Origin: Gracilimonas sp.
GTDB taxonomy: Bacteria > Bacteroidota > Rhodothermia > Balneolales > Balneolaceae
Direction of reading: 5' to 3'
Assembly: GCF_014762685.1 (NCBI RefSeq)
Contig: NZ_JABURM010000006.1
Location: forward strand, 296,384 to 360,383
DNA: 64,000 bases
Part shown: one piece after another, positions 28,503 through 37,529 of the stretch
Layout of the letters: every line of letters begins with the position of its first letter
Numbering within the stretch: position 1 is the stretch's first letter
Made by a program: the position numbers and the translations under genes
The notes under the pieces: model-generated
Told to the model about the DNA's origin: nothing
Seen by the model: the letters and a program-made list of their open reading frames with translations, nothing else
The model's database searches: none

Positions 28503-28620
28503 TGCTTTAAAGATAAGGGTTTTGACGATATGATATATACAGATGTCTAAACACCCCTTAAACTAAAAAAGGGAACCCTTCCCGGACTCCCTTTTCATAA
28601 ACAATGTACTGATCAAAAAA

Positions 28621-29355
28621 TCAGATGGATAATTCTTCCTTGGCCTTATCGAAGAAAGACTGGTCTACAACTATGCGGCCGCTGTTTTCATCCACTATAA
28701 TTTTATTCTTGCGGCGTACTTCAACTTGTACCTGGGGCGGAAGAGCCATTCCAAGAGCGGCGCCACGGTCCATGGCAACAACGGCCATGCCATTGTTCAA
28801 GCCCTCTCGCAGACGTTTATAACTTCTCATATATCGGTCATCAATCTCCTCTTCAACTTCTTTGCGTTTTTTCAGCAATTCATCTTCTTCATCTTGAGTA
28901 GATTTGACCACCTTATCGAGGTTCTTGCTCTTTTCATCGTACATTTTCTGAGCAGCTTCCAATTCTTCTTTAGCTTCTTCGAGCTCAGGACCTATTTCTT
29001 CTTTTCGCTTCTCAATTTCTTTTAAGCGGGATTCAGCATTTTCGATAACTTGCTTCTGCGCCTCAATTTCTTTAGTAAGGGCATCATATTCGCGATTATT
29101 ACGAACACTCAGCTGCTGATCTTCGTATTTCTCTATCTTTTCTTTAGAACTTTGAAGATCAAGCTTCAGTTTATCGTATTCTACTGTAAGATTTGTTTCT
29201 TCTTCTTCAAGATTATTAAGGCGTGCTTCTTTTCGGGCAATGTCTGTTTCAAGATCAAGCACCTCTTCGGGAAGGTCACCTCTCAGTTGTTTCAGCTCGT
29301 CGATGCGGCTGTCAATATATTGCAGATTCGCTAATTTTTGTAATACTTCATTCAT
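28621..29355 (-). CDS. COG1579/DUF164-family coiled-coil protein with a degenerate (Cys-less) C-terminal zinc-ribbon
   Basis: N-terminal LQ.L..LQ.IDSRIDEL, a long coiled coil, and a C-terminal ...LPPQ....V.......I...E..GRI. family pattern. Starting at ATG 29355 (MNEV) avoids overlap with the upstream Nif3 gene. Confidence 0.72.
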   Translation of the reverse strand: MNEVLQKLANLQYIDSRIDELKQLRGDLPEEVLDLETDIARKEARLNNLEEEETNLTVEYDKLKLDLQSSKEKIEKYEDQQLSVRNNREYDALTKEIEAQKQVIENAESRLKEIEKRKEEIGPELEEAKEELEAAQKMYDEKSKNLDKVVKSTQDEEDELLKKRKEVEEEIDDRYMRSYKRLREGLNNGMAVVAMDRGAALGMALPPQVQVEVRRKNKIIVDENSGRIVVDQSFFDKAKEELSI

Positions 29356-29365
29356 GGAGTGAGGT

Positions 29366-30427
29366 TCAGCTTGGTTGAATAGTTTTTGGTTCGGGATCCG
29401 ATACATAAACATGCATCGGGTTGGTTACAGTTCGGGTTACAGATATATCAATTCCTTCAAACGCTTCAGAAAGCTCGTTTTTTAAAGCTTCAGCTACAGG
29501 AAATTCACTTTCATAATGGCCTACATCCACCAAAAGAAAATTATCTTTTTCAGTGAAGTAATCATGATATTTAATATCGGCCGTTACGAAAGCATGGGCT
29601 CCGGCGCTCATGGCTTTATCTTTTAAAAATACTCCGGCACCACCGCATACGGCTACTTTTTGGATACGATCCACATCTCCTGAATACCGAATCGCTTTCA
29701 CATTTAACGCTTTGGAAACCAGGTGTAAAAATTCATTTTTTCCAATTCCATCATCCGGATATTCTCCAATTACACCCATTCCAAAATTTTGCGAGGTAGA
29801 AGCAAGGTCTATTACCTGAAAGCTTCCTTCTTTTAACATCCCTTCGGTTTTCAGGGCTTTCTCCAATACGGAAACATTATGTTGATCGATGATGGCTTCA
29901 AAGCATTTAAGTCCGTCTTCACGGCTATGTACATCAAAATAATGAGCTTCCTCGGCCGAGTGATAGTTCAAAAGCTTGAGGACCGCCTCACTGTCATCGT
30001 GAGAAGTAATCAACCGGATTTTTCGACTGATAGAATAATTTTTGTCTAAGAATCTCAAGTTGTCCAATCCAAGAATATTGGCAAGCACAAAAGAAACCCC
30101 ATCCAGAGCAGCGTCTAAATTAGTATGGGCCACCAACAATCCGATATCATTTTTAATTAGTTTATAAATGATTCTTCCTTGTTCGTTGGTCGGGTTAATG
30201 CTTCCAATCTTGCTAAAAATAAGCGGGTGGTGAGCAACGATCAGTTCACAGCCTTTTTCAATAGCTTCGGCTACAACAGCATCGGTTACATCCAGACAAG
30301 TGAGAACGGAGGTGACACCTGCTTCCGGGTCTCCTACAAGTAATCCGACATTATCGTAATCCATTTTTACTTTGGGTGGCGCCCACTGATTGAGGAAAGT
30401 AGATATTTGCCGGATTCGGGTTGACAT
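29366..30427 (-). CDS. Nif3-like dinuclear metal-centre protein (long form with inserted domain)
   Basis: Family motifs are present (WAP....DYDNVGLLVG; LIVAHHPLIF; C-terminal GHYESE). The 353-aa length matches the YqfO-type long form. Confidence 0.85.
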   Translation of the reverse strand: MSTRIRQISTFLNQWAPPKVKMDYDNVGLLVGDPEAGVTSVLTCLDVTDAVVAEAIEKGCELIVAHHPLIFSKIGSINPTNEQGRIIYKLIKNDIGLLVAHTNLDAALDGVSFVLANILGLDNLRFLDKNYSISRKIRLITSHDDSEAVLKLLNYHSAEEAHYFDVHSREDGLKCFEAIIDQHNVSVLEKALKTEGMLKEGSFQVIDLASTSQNFGMGVIGEYPDDGIGKNEFLHLVSKALNVKAIRYSGDVDRIQKVAVCGGAGVFLKDKAMSAGAHAFVTADIKYHDYFTEKDNFLLVDVGHYESEFPVAEALKNELSEAFEGIDISVTRTVTNPMHVYVSDPEPKTIQPS

Positions 30428-30624
30428 GCTATCTATCCCCTCGTTTTTTTGAATCCGACTTTATCGTCGAAAGCAGAATTATGAATTTGAGTATTATCAA
30501 TCTCAATAAATAACCATTAATTACGATGTCTTTAGAGCTTCCAAAAATAAGGCTTATTGATGAATGATAAAAGCTTATCTTATGGTTTATTGTATAGAAT
30601 TAGTAAAAAAGCACAATTTTTACC

Positions 30625-31329
30625 ATGAGTGACCAAGATATTGCCGGAAACCTCAATTCCATTCAACAAAAAATTGAACAAATCAGTGAGAATGCCGGGC
30701 GTGATTCCAAAGAAATCACCCTGGTTGCTGTAAGTAAAACCAAACCTGATAAAGATATTCTGGAAGCTATGACTGCCGGGCAGCTTCATTTTGGTGAAAA
30801 CCGAATGAAAGAGCTGGAAGACAAGATGTCGTCTATAGAAAACCCGGATGTTATCTGGCATTTCATTGGTAATCTTCAAACCAACAAAATTAAATATATA
30901 GCTCATCGTGTTAACTGGATTCACTCAGTAGAAAAAGCAAAATATCTTAAAGAAATTAATAAAAGAGCCAAGCAGGACAACAGGGTGATAAATGCATTGG
31001 TTCAGGTGAACATCAGTAATGAAAAACAAAAGGGCGGGTGCAAACCTGATGACCTTGCCGGAATTTTAGAGTCTGCTCAAGACTACAAGTTTGTTAAAGT
31101 AAAAGGACTCATGGGAATGGCTACTTTTGCAGATAACCCCGAAGATGTTCGGCCGGAATTCAAATTACTGAAAGAACTGTTCGATTCTCATCAAAAATAC
31201 AACAAAGGAAGTGTGATGCTGGAGCACCTTTCCATGGGGATGACTAATGATATGGAAATTGCCATACAAGAAGGGGCTACCATGGTTCGAATTGGAAGTG
31301 CCATTTTCGGAGAGCGAAACTATGGATAA
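30625..31329 (+). CDS. yggS: YggS-family pyridoxal-phosphate homeostasis protein
   Basis: LVAVSKTK (PLP lysine context), HFGENR.QE, WHFIG.LQ.NK and SMGM..D...AI..G.T.VRIG..IFG. Confidence 0.9.
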   Translation: MSDQDIAGNLNSIQQKIEQISENAGRDSKEITLVAVSKTKPDKDILEAMTAGQLHFGENRMKELEDKMSSIENPDVIWHFIGNLQTNKIKYIAHRVNWIHSVEKAKYLKEINKRAKQDNRVINALVQVNISNEKQKGGCKPDDLAGILESAQDYKFVKVKGLMGMATFADNPEDVRPEFKLLKELFDSHQKYNKGSVMLEHLSMGMTNDMEIAIQEGATMVRIGSAIFGERNYG

Positions 31330-31395
31330 GATGTTGCGTAATATTCTTCACTTTAATACTATCAAATAATAATAACCTACAAATTTGAGGGCATT

Positions 31396-31707
31396 ATGTT
31401 TTTCGGACTTCCTTGGTTTGCCATTGTAGCTATTGTAGCCATTGCCGGCGGGCTGATTTATGCATACAAAGAAGAAGAATTGAAAATGGAAGGGAAAAGA
31501 CTGGCCAACTCCCGCGAGATGCACGAAATGCGTCAAGTGGTCCATAACCTGAAATCCCGGGTTGAAAACCTGGAAGCAATTGTCACAGAAGACTCCAGGG
31601 AATCTTCAAAGAAAGACGCTAATCCCTTGGGTGAGATCGAAATTGAAGATGAAGTTAAAGAGCAAAATTCCGATACTGTCTCACAGAAAAGTAAAAGTCG
31701 TAACTAA
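31396..31707 (+). CDS. small single-TM protein, PspB-like (paralog 1)
   Basis: N-terminal TM (FAIVAIVAIAGGLIYA), an amphipathic helix ending RVENLEAIV, and an acidic tail GEIEIEDE. This resembles E. coli PspB (RIQALESIL) by recall. Confidence 0.5.
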   Translation: MFFGLPWFAIVAIVAIAGGLIYAYKEEELKMEGKRLANSREMHEMRQVVHNLKSRVENLEAIVTEDSRESSKKDANPLGEIEIEDEVKEQNSDTVSQKSKSRN

Positions 31708-31718
31708 AGTCATGAATT

Positions 31719-32072
31719 ATGGTTTTTGAAGAGTTCGTCATAGCTATTGTTGCAATTATTGGAGGGCTTGGCTTTGCCGGGTTCCTTTTTTGGAATGTAT
31801 TCAGCCTGATCAGGCAATGGATAAACCGAAAAAGCGGAAGTTCAGATATTAATCCTCAGTTTTTTAAAGCACTTGGGGAATTTAAGAAAAACACTGAGCG
31901 GCGCATCACTAATCTTGAAGCCATTGTATCTGATTTAGAAGAAGAGCGGTATCGGCTCGATGAAAATCAAGAAACTATGGGAGATATTGAAATAGAAGAG
32001 GAAGAGGTTCGTTCATCATCAAAAAAAGGAAAAGACAATGATGGAAATCTGCGTAACATGTTAAATGAATAA
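31719..32072 (+). CDS. small single-TM protein, PspB-like (paralog 2)
   Basis: It has the same motif order as the upstream gene: AIVAI TM, RITNLEAIV, GDIEIEEEE. Confidence 0.5.
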   Translation: MVFEEFVIAIVAIIGGLGFAGFLFWNVFSLIRQWINRKSGSSDINPQFFKALGEFKKNTERRITNLEAIVSDLEEERYRLDENQETMGDIEIEEEEVRSSSKKGKDNDGNLRNMLNE

Positions 32073-32117
32073 ATGTTATTTTAAATAAGCTTTAAGGACG
32101 ACTAAAAACATCTATTT

Positions 32118-32768
32118 ATGAAACTCACTCCGCTTGAAATAAAACAACAGACTTTTGAAAAAGGACTACGGGGATACGATACCGCCGACGTACACACCTT
32201 TCTTACCTTGGTATCAAATGAATTTGAACACCTGCTCAACAAAAACAAAGAGCTAGAGCAAGAAATTGATAAACTGAAAGATCGCGTAAAACATTACGAA
32301 CGTGTGGAGGATGCGCTTCACGAAACGCTTCAAACCGCAAAAGAATCGGTTGAACAAAAAATGACCGGGGCAAAACAGGAGGCTAAAAGCACGATCGAAA
32401 AGGCTGAAATGGAAGCCGATGCCATAATTAAACAAGCGAATCACAACAGACAGCAAATTCGCCAAAGCATCTTGAGGCTGCTGGATCGGCGTGAAGAGAT
32501 CATCAATGGGATTACGTCCTACCTTGAAAACGCTAAAAAATCTATCGACCAGTTCAGTAAAGATGAAATGGAAGTGTTTAACCTTCCCAAAGAAGAAAAC
32601 CTGGAAGAAGCTATAAAAAAAACAAACACAGCTAAATTTGTGCTTGACGAAAATGCCGATGAAAGTGAGGAAGAAAATGTTAAGAAAAAGGCAAAAACCG
32701 AAGAAGAAGATCACGCATTTCCTCCCGGAAGTGATCGTCTCGACGACATTTTAGATGAAATAGATTAG
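32118..32768 (+). CDS. DivIVA-domain protein
   Basis: The N-terminus MKLTPLEIKQQTFEKGLRGYDTADVHTFL is the canonical DivIVA lipid-binding motif, followed by a coiled coil. Confidence 0.82.
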   Translation: MKLTPLEIKQQTFEKGLRGYDTADVHTFLTLVSNEFEHLLNKNKELEQEIDKLKDRVKHYERVEDALHETLQTAKESVEQKMTGAKQEAKSTIEKAEMEADAIIKQANHNRQQIRQSILRLLDRREEIINGITSYLENAKKSIDQFSKDEMEVFNLPKEENLEEAIKKTNTAKFVLDENADESEEENVKKKAKTEEEDHAFPPGSDRLDDILDEID

Positions 32769-32822
32769 TACATACCGTATTTTTGCACCTCAAAATACTC
32801 GCCACTTCTTTAGATTAAATTT

Positions 32823-33659
32823 ATGAAATACGATACGGTTGAAGAATTTCGATCCAAAAGAGATGAAGCGGTTAACCTTATTAAGAGAGAAACAAGCTTT
32901 CAACCTGAATACTTACTCATTTTAGGAACCGGCTTGGGACAGTTGGCCGATGAAATTGAAACGGAGCATATTTTAAGCTACAGTGATATCCCTAACTTCC
33001 CGGTTTCTACAGTGGAAGGGCATGCAGGAAAACTTATCTTCGGAAAATTAGGTGGAAAAGAAGTAGTAGCAATGCAGGGACGTTTCCATTACTATGAAGG
33101 CTATACCATGCAACAAATTGCCTTTCCGGTTCGTGTTGCAAAAGCCATCGGCGCTCAATCTCTGTTTGTAAGCAATGCATGTGGAGGTCTGAACCCCAAC
33201 TTCAGCCGGGGAGATATTATGCTTATCACCGACCATATCAACTTTCTTGGTGATAATCCTCTGATTGGACCCAATGATGATGAGCTCGGTCCACGCTTTC
33301 CTGACATGAGTGAACCTTATACCGAGCGGTTACTGGAACTGGCTGAAAATGTAGCCCTGGAAAATTCCATTAAAATGCATCAGGGAGTATATCTGGCGGT
33401 AACAGGTCCGATGCTGGAAACAAAAGCGGAATATCGATATATGCGTCAGCTTGGTGCTGATGTTGTGGGAATGAGCACCGTACCGGAAGTAATCTCTGCC
33501 GTACACATGGGAATGGATGTGTTGGGAATCTCAGTAATTACGGATGAATGTTTCCCGGATGCCTTACAAGCGGTAGACATTGAAGATGTATTGGCCGCGG
33601 CAGCCATGGCCGAGCCTAAAATGACCCAAGTAATTATTAAAGTTTTGGAACGCTTATAA
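32823..33659 (+). CDS. purine nucleoside phosphorylase (trimeric PNP family)
   Basis: Family motifs are present (ILGTGLG; STVEGHAGKL.FG.L.G; MQGRFHYYEGY; GPRFPDMS; GADVVGMSTVPE). Confidence 0.9.
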   Translation: MKYDTVEEFRSKRDEAVNLIKRETSFQPEYLLILGTGLGQLADEIETEHILSYSDIPNFPVSTVEGHAGKLIFGKLGGKEVVAMQGRFHYYEGYTMQQIAFPVRVAKAIGAQSLFVSNACGGLNPNFSRGDIMLITDHINFLGDNPLIGPNDDELGPRFPDMSEPYTERLLELAENVALENSIKMHQGVYLAVTGPMLETKAEYRYMRQLGADVVGMSTVPEVISAVHMGMDVLGISVITDECFPDALQAVDIEDVLAAAAMAEPKMTQVIIKVLERL

Positions 33660-33759
33660 CAACTTTTTTTCCACAAAAAGCGTTACTTTTCCACAAAGTA
33701 TTGCATTACTCCTGACAATTCCTTTTTTATAATAAACAGCAACCAATAGCCTGCCTAAT

Positions 33760-34548
33760 ATGCACATGCATTTTGATGGATTCGATAACGAACAGTGGGA
33801 CGAATTCAAGTGGGAAGCTCACTTAAATGAAGTTGAAAAAAAGAGCGAACAACTTCGTAAATTTATCGCCTCCGACCCAAAAGGTAATACTCCGCGATGG
33901 ATTACTTTATTACAGGAAAGCCAAAATGAAGACGATGCTTTCGAAGCCTACGTAGAGGAAGAACTGCTGATGGATGAAGCTTATTTCCCTGAAGATGAAG
34001 ATGACTGGGATGAAGAAGAAGAGGATGATTGGGATGATGAGGACTTCCTGTTTGGTTTATCGGAAGACGGATACCCGGATCATTTAGACGAAGATGACTT
34101 TGACGATTTTGATGAAGGTGAAGAATGGAAAAGCCTCAGTGACGATTACGTATACTCCGATTATGCTGAATTGGATAACCTGGATATTTTTCTGGACGCT
34201 AAAGACTTGGCAGTTGATATTTTGAAATGGGCTGAAACCATACATCCTAAACTGCAATCCTCCGAGTTTCAGGATTTTGTGGACGAATCGCTTAAGATTG
34301 GAGCTAAAATTGCCGGCGGGCATTCTTTCGGCTTCGATCAGGATTATATAGGGGCTAATATTGCCTACTCCAAAAAAGCCCTAAAATGTGCAAATCATGG
34401 TTTAGAGCTACTCCAGGGCTTTAAAAAGAAAAACTTCTTTACCAAAAAGCAATATCAGGAACTGCACGCAAGTTTGTTCGAACTCCGCAATGATATTGGG
34501 ATTTATATCCAGGAGCTGAGAGACCAATTCAAATTAGGGTTAGAGTAA
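33760..34548 (+). CDS. hypothetical acidic protein (D/E/W-rich centre, helical C-terminal domain)
   Basis: A long ORF with coding-like composition and a convergent terminator downstream. I recognise no family. Confidence 0.55.
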   Translation: MHMHFDGFDNEQWDEFKWEAHLNEVEKKSEQLRKFIASDPKGNTPRWITLLQESQNEDDAFEAYVEEELLMDEAYFPEDEDDWDEEEEDDWDDEDFLFGLSEDGYPDHLDEDDFDDFDEGEEWKSLSDDYVYSDYAELDNLDIFLDAKDLAVDILKWAETIHPKLQSSEFQDFVDESLKIGAKIAGGHSFGFDQDYIGANIAYSKKALKCANHGLELLQGFKKKNFFTKKQYQELHASLFELRNDIGIYIQELRDQFKLGLE

Positions 34549-34565
34549 ACGTGTTATAGTGTGAG

Positions 34566-34605
34566 GGTGTTAAGGTGTTATGGTATTTCTCTCAATACCT
34601 TAACA
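34566..34605. terminator. bidirectional hairpin between convergent genes
   Basis: Perfect 10-bp stem GTGTTAAGGT/ACCTTAACAC, extendable by G-U/A-U pairs. It is embedded in a longer imperfect palindrome (34550-34621). Confidence 0.6.
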
Positions 34606-34624
34606 CTAAAGCACCCAAACACCG

Positions 34625-35638
34625 CTACTCCCAGATTGCCACCTCTTTATTGCCCTCGGAATCGGCAGCCGCACGAAACATTGAGCCCGTGTTTGTTTTC
34701 ATAGAGAAATTACCATACTTATCAACGGCTATAAAGCCTGCATCACCGGGTTCCAATACATCATCCACTAAATAATTCATCGATTCCTGGAGCGTAACCC
34801 CTTTGTATTCCATGTAAGCAGCTAAGGTATGGGCCGACACATTTAACATGATTTTCTCACCCCAGCCCGTGGCTGAAACGGCAACCAGATCATTGGCATA
34901 AGTTCCGGATCCAATAATTGGCACATCACCTACACGACCATATCTTTTATTGGTCATGCCCCCGGTTGAAGTGGCAGCGGCTAGATTTCCATTTTTATCT
35001 TTAGCAACTGCGCCCACAGTTCCATATTTCCATGCTTTTTGATCATCGGTTTCAATCAAGCTGCTCGACTGCTCCTCCGCCTGCGCTCTTTTTAAAGACT
35101 CGTAGCGTCTTTCCGTATAAAAATAAGAGGGATCTACACGTTCAACATCCGTTTGATCGGCATATGTCTCCGCACCGTCTGCGGCAAAAAATACATGTTT
35201 GGAATCCGTCATCACTTTGCGGGCAAGTGAAATTGGATTTTTAACGGTAGTAACTCCTGTAATGGCCCCGGCATTTAATGTTGAGCCGTCCATAATGGCC
35301 GCATCCAGTTCGTTCTTGCCTTCTGCTGTAAAAACAGCTCCCTTTCCAGCATTAAACATTTCATTATCTTCCAGATAGTTGACGGTTTTCTCGATGGCAT
35401 CTAAAGCAGTTCCGCCATTTTCCAGTATTTCAGATCCTATCGCCAATGCCTCTTCCAGTGATTGCATATAGGCTTCTTTTCGATCTTCAGGCATATCCTT
35501 TGACACATAACCGGCTCCGCCATGAAGGGCTATAGACCATTCTTTTTGAGGAGGCTCACCAACTTGGCTTTCTTGCAGCTGACAGCCTGATAAGATTAGA
35601 AAAAATGAAAGTATAAAAAATGTAGTTATTCGTCTCAT
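34625..35638 (-). CDS. isoaspartyl peptidase / L-asparaginase (Ntn-hydrolase, plant-type asparaginase family), lipoprotein
   Basis: Lipobox LSGC, HGGAG, an autoprocessing site context (YGTVGAVA, Thr nucleophile), and GWGE. Confidence 0.88.
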   Translation of the reverse strand: MRRITTFFILSFFLILSGCQLQESQVGEPPQKEWSIALHGGAGYVSKDMPEDRKEAYMQSLEEALAIGSEILENGGTALDAIEKTVNYLEDNEMFNAGKGAVFTAEGKNELDAAIMDGSTLNAGAITGVTTVKNPISLARKVMTDSKHVFFAADGAETYADQTDVERVDPSYFYTERRYESLKRAQAEEQSSSLIETDDQKAWKYGTVGAVAKDKNGNLAAATSTGGMTNKRYGRVGDVPIIGSGTYANDLVAVSATGWGEKIMLNVSAHTLAAYMEYKGVTLQESMNYLVDDVLEPGDAGFIAVDKYGNFSMKTNTGSMFRAAADSEGNKEVAIWE

Positions 35639-35840
35639 AGTAATTTTATTTGGTTCGAGGGATTATACTACTGAATTTTCCCATAATAAAATTTTCACTC
35701 CATCATTTACGGTTTTTAGCGTTCCGTTTTATCTAATCTCGTCCCGTTCACCGATAAAAAACCTCCGTTCATCGAAAAATTTTCAGGTTAAATAAAAAGA
35801 CTCGTTTCTTTGCATTGCAATCGAAATTAATCACACAATC

Positions 35841-36497
35841 ATGAAGCGGAAAATTCAATTATTATCACTTATAGTAGTAAGTAGCATATTAAGCGGGTGT
35901 TTTTTGAAATCGGTTCACCCCTTAGTTAAACCTTCGGATTCCATTTCAATTCCGGGGCTAGAAGGCACCTGGGAAGAAGAAGATTCTCGCTGGACGTTCA
36001 TTCGAAGTGCAGAAGGGAATGAACAAATAAAGGCTATCATGGAAGATATTGACTTATCGCATGATGGGCCCGGATATTTAACGCTTATAGAGTCCATTGA
36101 AGAAACAAGAATAGATTCCATGCTTTTCCGGTCAACTTTTGTGAAGCTGAATGGGGAAGTTTATATGGACTTATATCCGCTCTCGCTGGTTTCGTCACCT
36201 GCTCAGTATAAAAATCAGGGGTTGTTTGCTGCTACAACTTTCATTGATTTTCATCTGGTTCCGGTACACACTTTTTCTAAAATAAAGAAATCTGATAATG
36301 AATTGGATATATTGCTATTTAAAGATTCATGGATTAATGACTTGATAGAAAAGGACAGAGTACGGGTTAAGCATGAAAAAACGGAAGATGGGGTGCTTTT
36401 AACCGCATCAACGGATGAGCTTCAAAAATTCGTAAAGAAATACGGAAGCATGGAAGAAGCTTATGACAGTCCTGCATCTCTTGAAAAGATAGAATAA
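35841..36497 (+). CDS. hypothetical lipoprotein
   Basis: Signal peptide plus lipobox (LSGC). Its stop abuts the start of the downstream kinase gene (TAAATG), implying co-transcription. Confidence 0.6.
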   Translation: MKRKIQLLSLIVVSSILSGCFLKSVHPLVKPSDSISIPGLEGTWEEEDSRWTFIRSAEGNEQIKAIMEDIDLSHDGPGYLTLIESIEETRIDSMLFRSTFVKLNGEVYMDLYPLSLVSSPAQYKNQGLFAATTFIDFHLVPVHTFSKIKKSDNELDILLFKDSWINDLIEKDRVRVKHEKTEDGVLLTASTDELQKFVKKYGSMEEAYDSPASLEKIE

Positions 36498-37529
36498 ATG
36501 GATTCTTTTAAATCAATTTTTCGAAATCGCCTGGTTCAGTCTTTACTGTTCTGGACGATTTCATTTTTTGTGGTACTACGTGTATTCACACGCACGGAAG
36601 AGCTCCGCACTATTGATTTGATTTATACGGGGCTATTTCATCTTCCATTAATTATAGGAGTGCTGGCCAACCAGTTTTTTCTGAATCGATACCTGAATAA
36701 GCAAAAATATATTATTTTTACTTTCGGCTTCTTTTTTTCTCTTTTTCTCGTTGTGCAGTTTTATCCCATTACTTTTGACTTTTTGGCACCGATTATTTTT
36801 CCCGATTATTATTTTGTAACTGTTTACGAATGGTATGAAATGCTGGGGATTGGATTTATTTATATTTCATTTACCACTTTGTTGCACTTCGCAAAAGGGT
36901 GGTTTCAGCAACAGGAAGATATTACGAAGCTCGCAAAGTTAGAGAAGGAAAATAAGCGTTCGGAGCTTCAGGCACTTCGGGCCCAGGTTAATCCTCATTT
37001 CCTGTTTAATTCTCTGAATACAATTTATAACGAAGCTCTAAAAAAAACCGATAAGGCGCCCCGTTTGATTTTAAAGCTCTCTGATATGTTGCGCTATGTC
37101 GTAGATAAAATGGATCAGGAAAGAGTGGCACTGCAAGAAGAAATTGAATACCTAACTCATTTTGTCGAATTACATAAAGAGCGAATAAATGAGCCCAATA
37201 AAGTGGAATTTCAAACTCAAGGTAACTTTTCTGACATGGAAATAGCCCCGCTTTTGCTCATCATTTTTATTGAAAATTGTTTTAAGCACTCGGATCTAAC
37301 AGATAAAGATGCCGTCATTTCTATCCTTCTGAAACAAGAAGGAAATGAGTTAACATTGCATTGCAAAAACACGGTATATGTGGAAGACAATAACCACGAA
37401 AAATCAACTGGAATGGGGATTCAAAATGCCCGACGGCGCTTGGAGCTGGCTTATGAAAACCGTCACGCCTTAGAAATTTCCCGCAAGGGAAACATATATG
37501 AAACCACTCTTAAAATGATGATAGAATGA
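36498..37529 (+). CDS. LytS/YehU-type sensor histidine kinase (His_kinase PF06580-like)
   Basis: Four to five N-terminal TM helices, then the diagnostic LRAQVNPHFLFNSLNTI block and a C-terminal ATPase-like region. Confidence 0.85.
   Translation: MDSFKSIFRNRLVQSLLFWTISFFVVLRVFTRTEELRTIDLIYTGLFHLPLIIGVLANQFFLNRYLNKQKYIIFTFGFFFSLFLVVQFYPITFDFLAPIIFPDYYFVTVYEWYEMLGIGFIYISFTTLLHFAKGWFQQQEDITKLAKLEKENKRSELQALRAQVNPHFLFNSLNTIYNEALKKTDKAPRLILKLSDMLRYVVDKMDQERVALQEEIEYLTHFVELHKERINEPNKVEFQTQGNFSDMEIAPLLLIIFIENCFKHSDLTDKDAVISILLKQEGNELTLHCKNTVYVEDNNHEKSTGMGIQNARRRLELAYENRHALEISRKGNIYETTLKMMIE

Noticed and set aside
28213-28550. Two overlapping GC-rich ORFs (67 and 95 aa) on the plus strand.
   Set aside because: They lie entirely within, and antisense to, the RNase P RNA gene. 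Their translations are Ala/Arg/Pro/Ser-rich nonsense, and the region is explained by rnpB.
32253-32714. A 153-aa minus-strand ORF.
   Set aside because: It is antisense to the DivIVA-domain gene, with a Phe/Leu-rich translation of a K/E-rich coiled-coil coding region.
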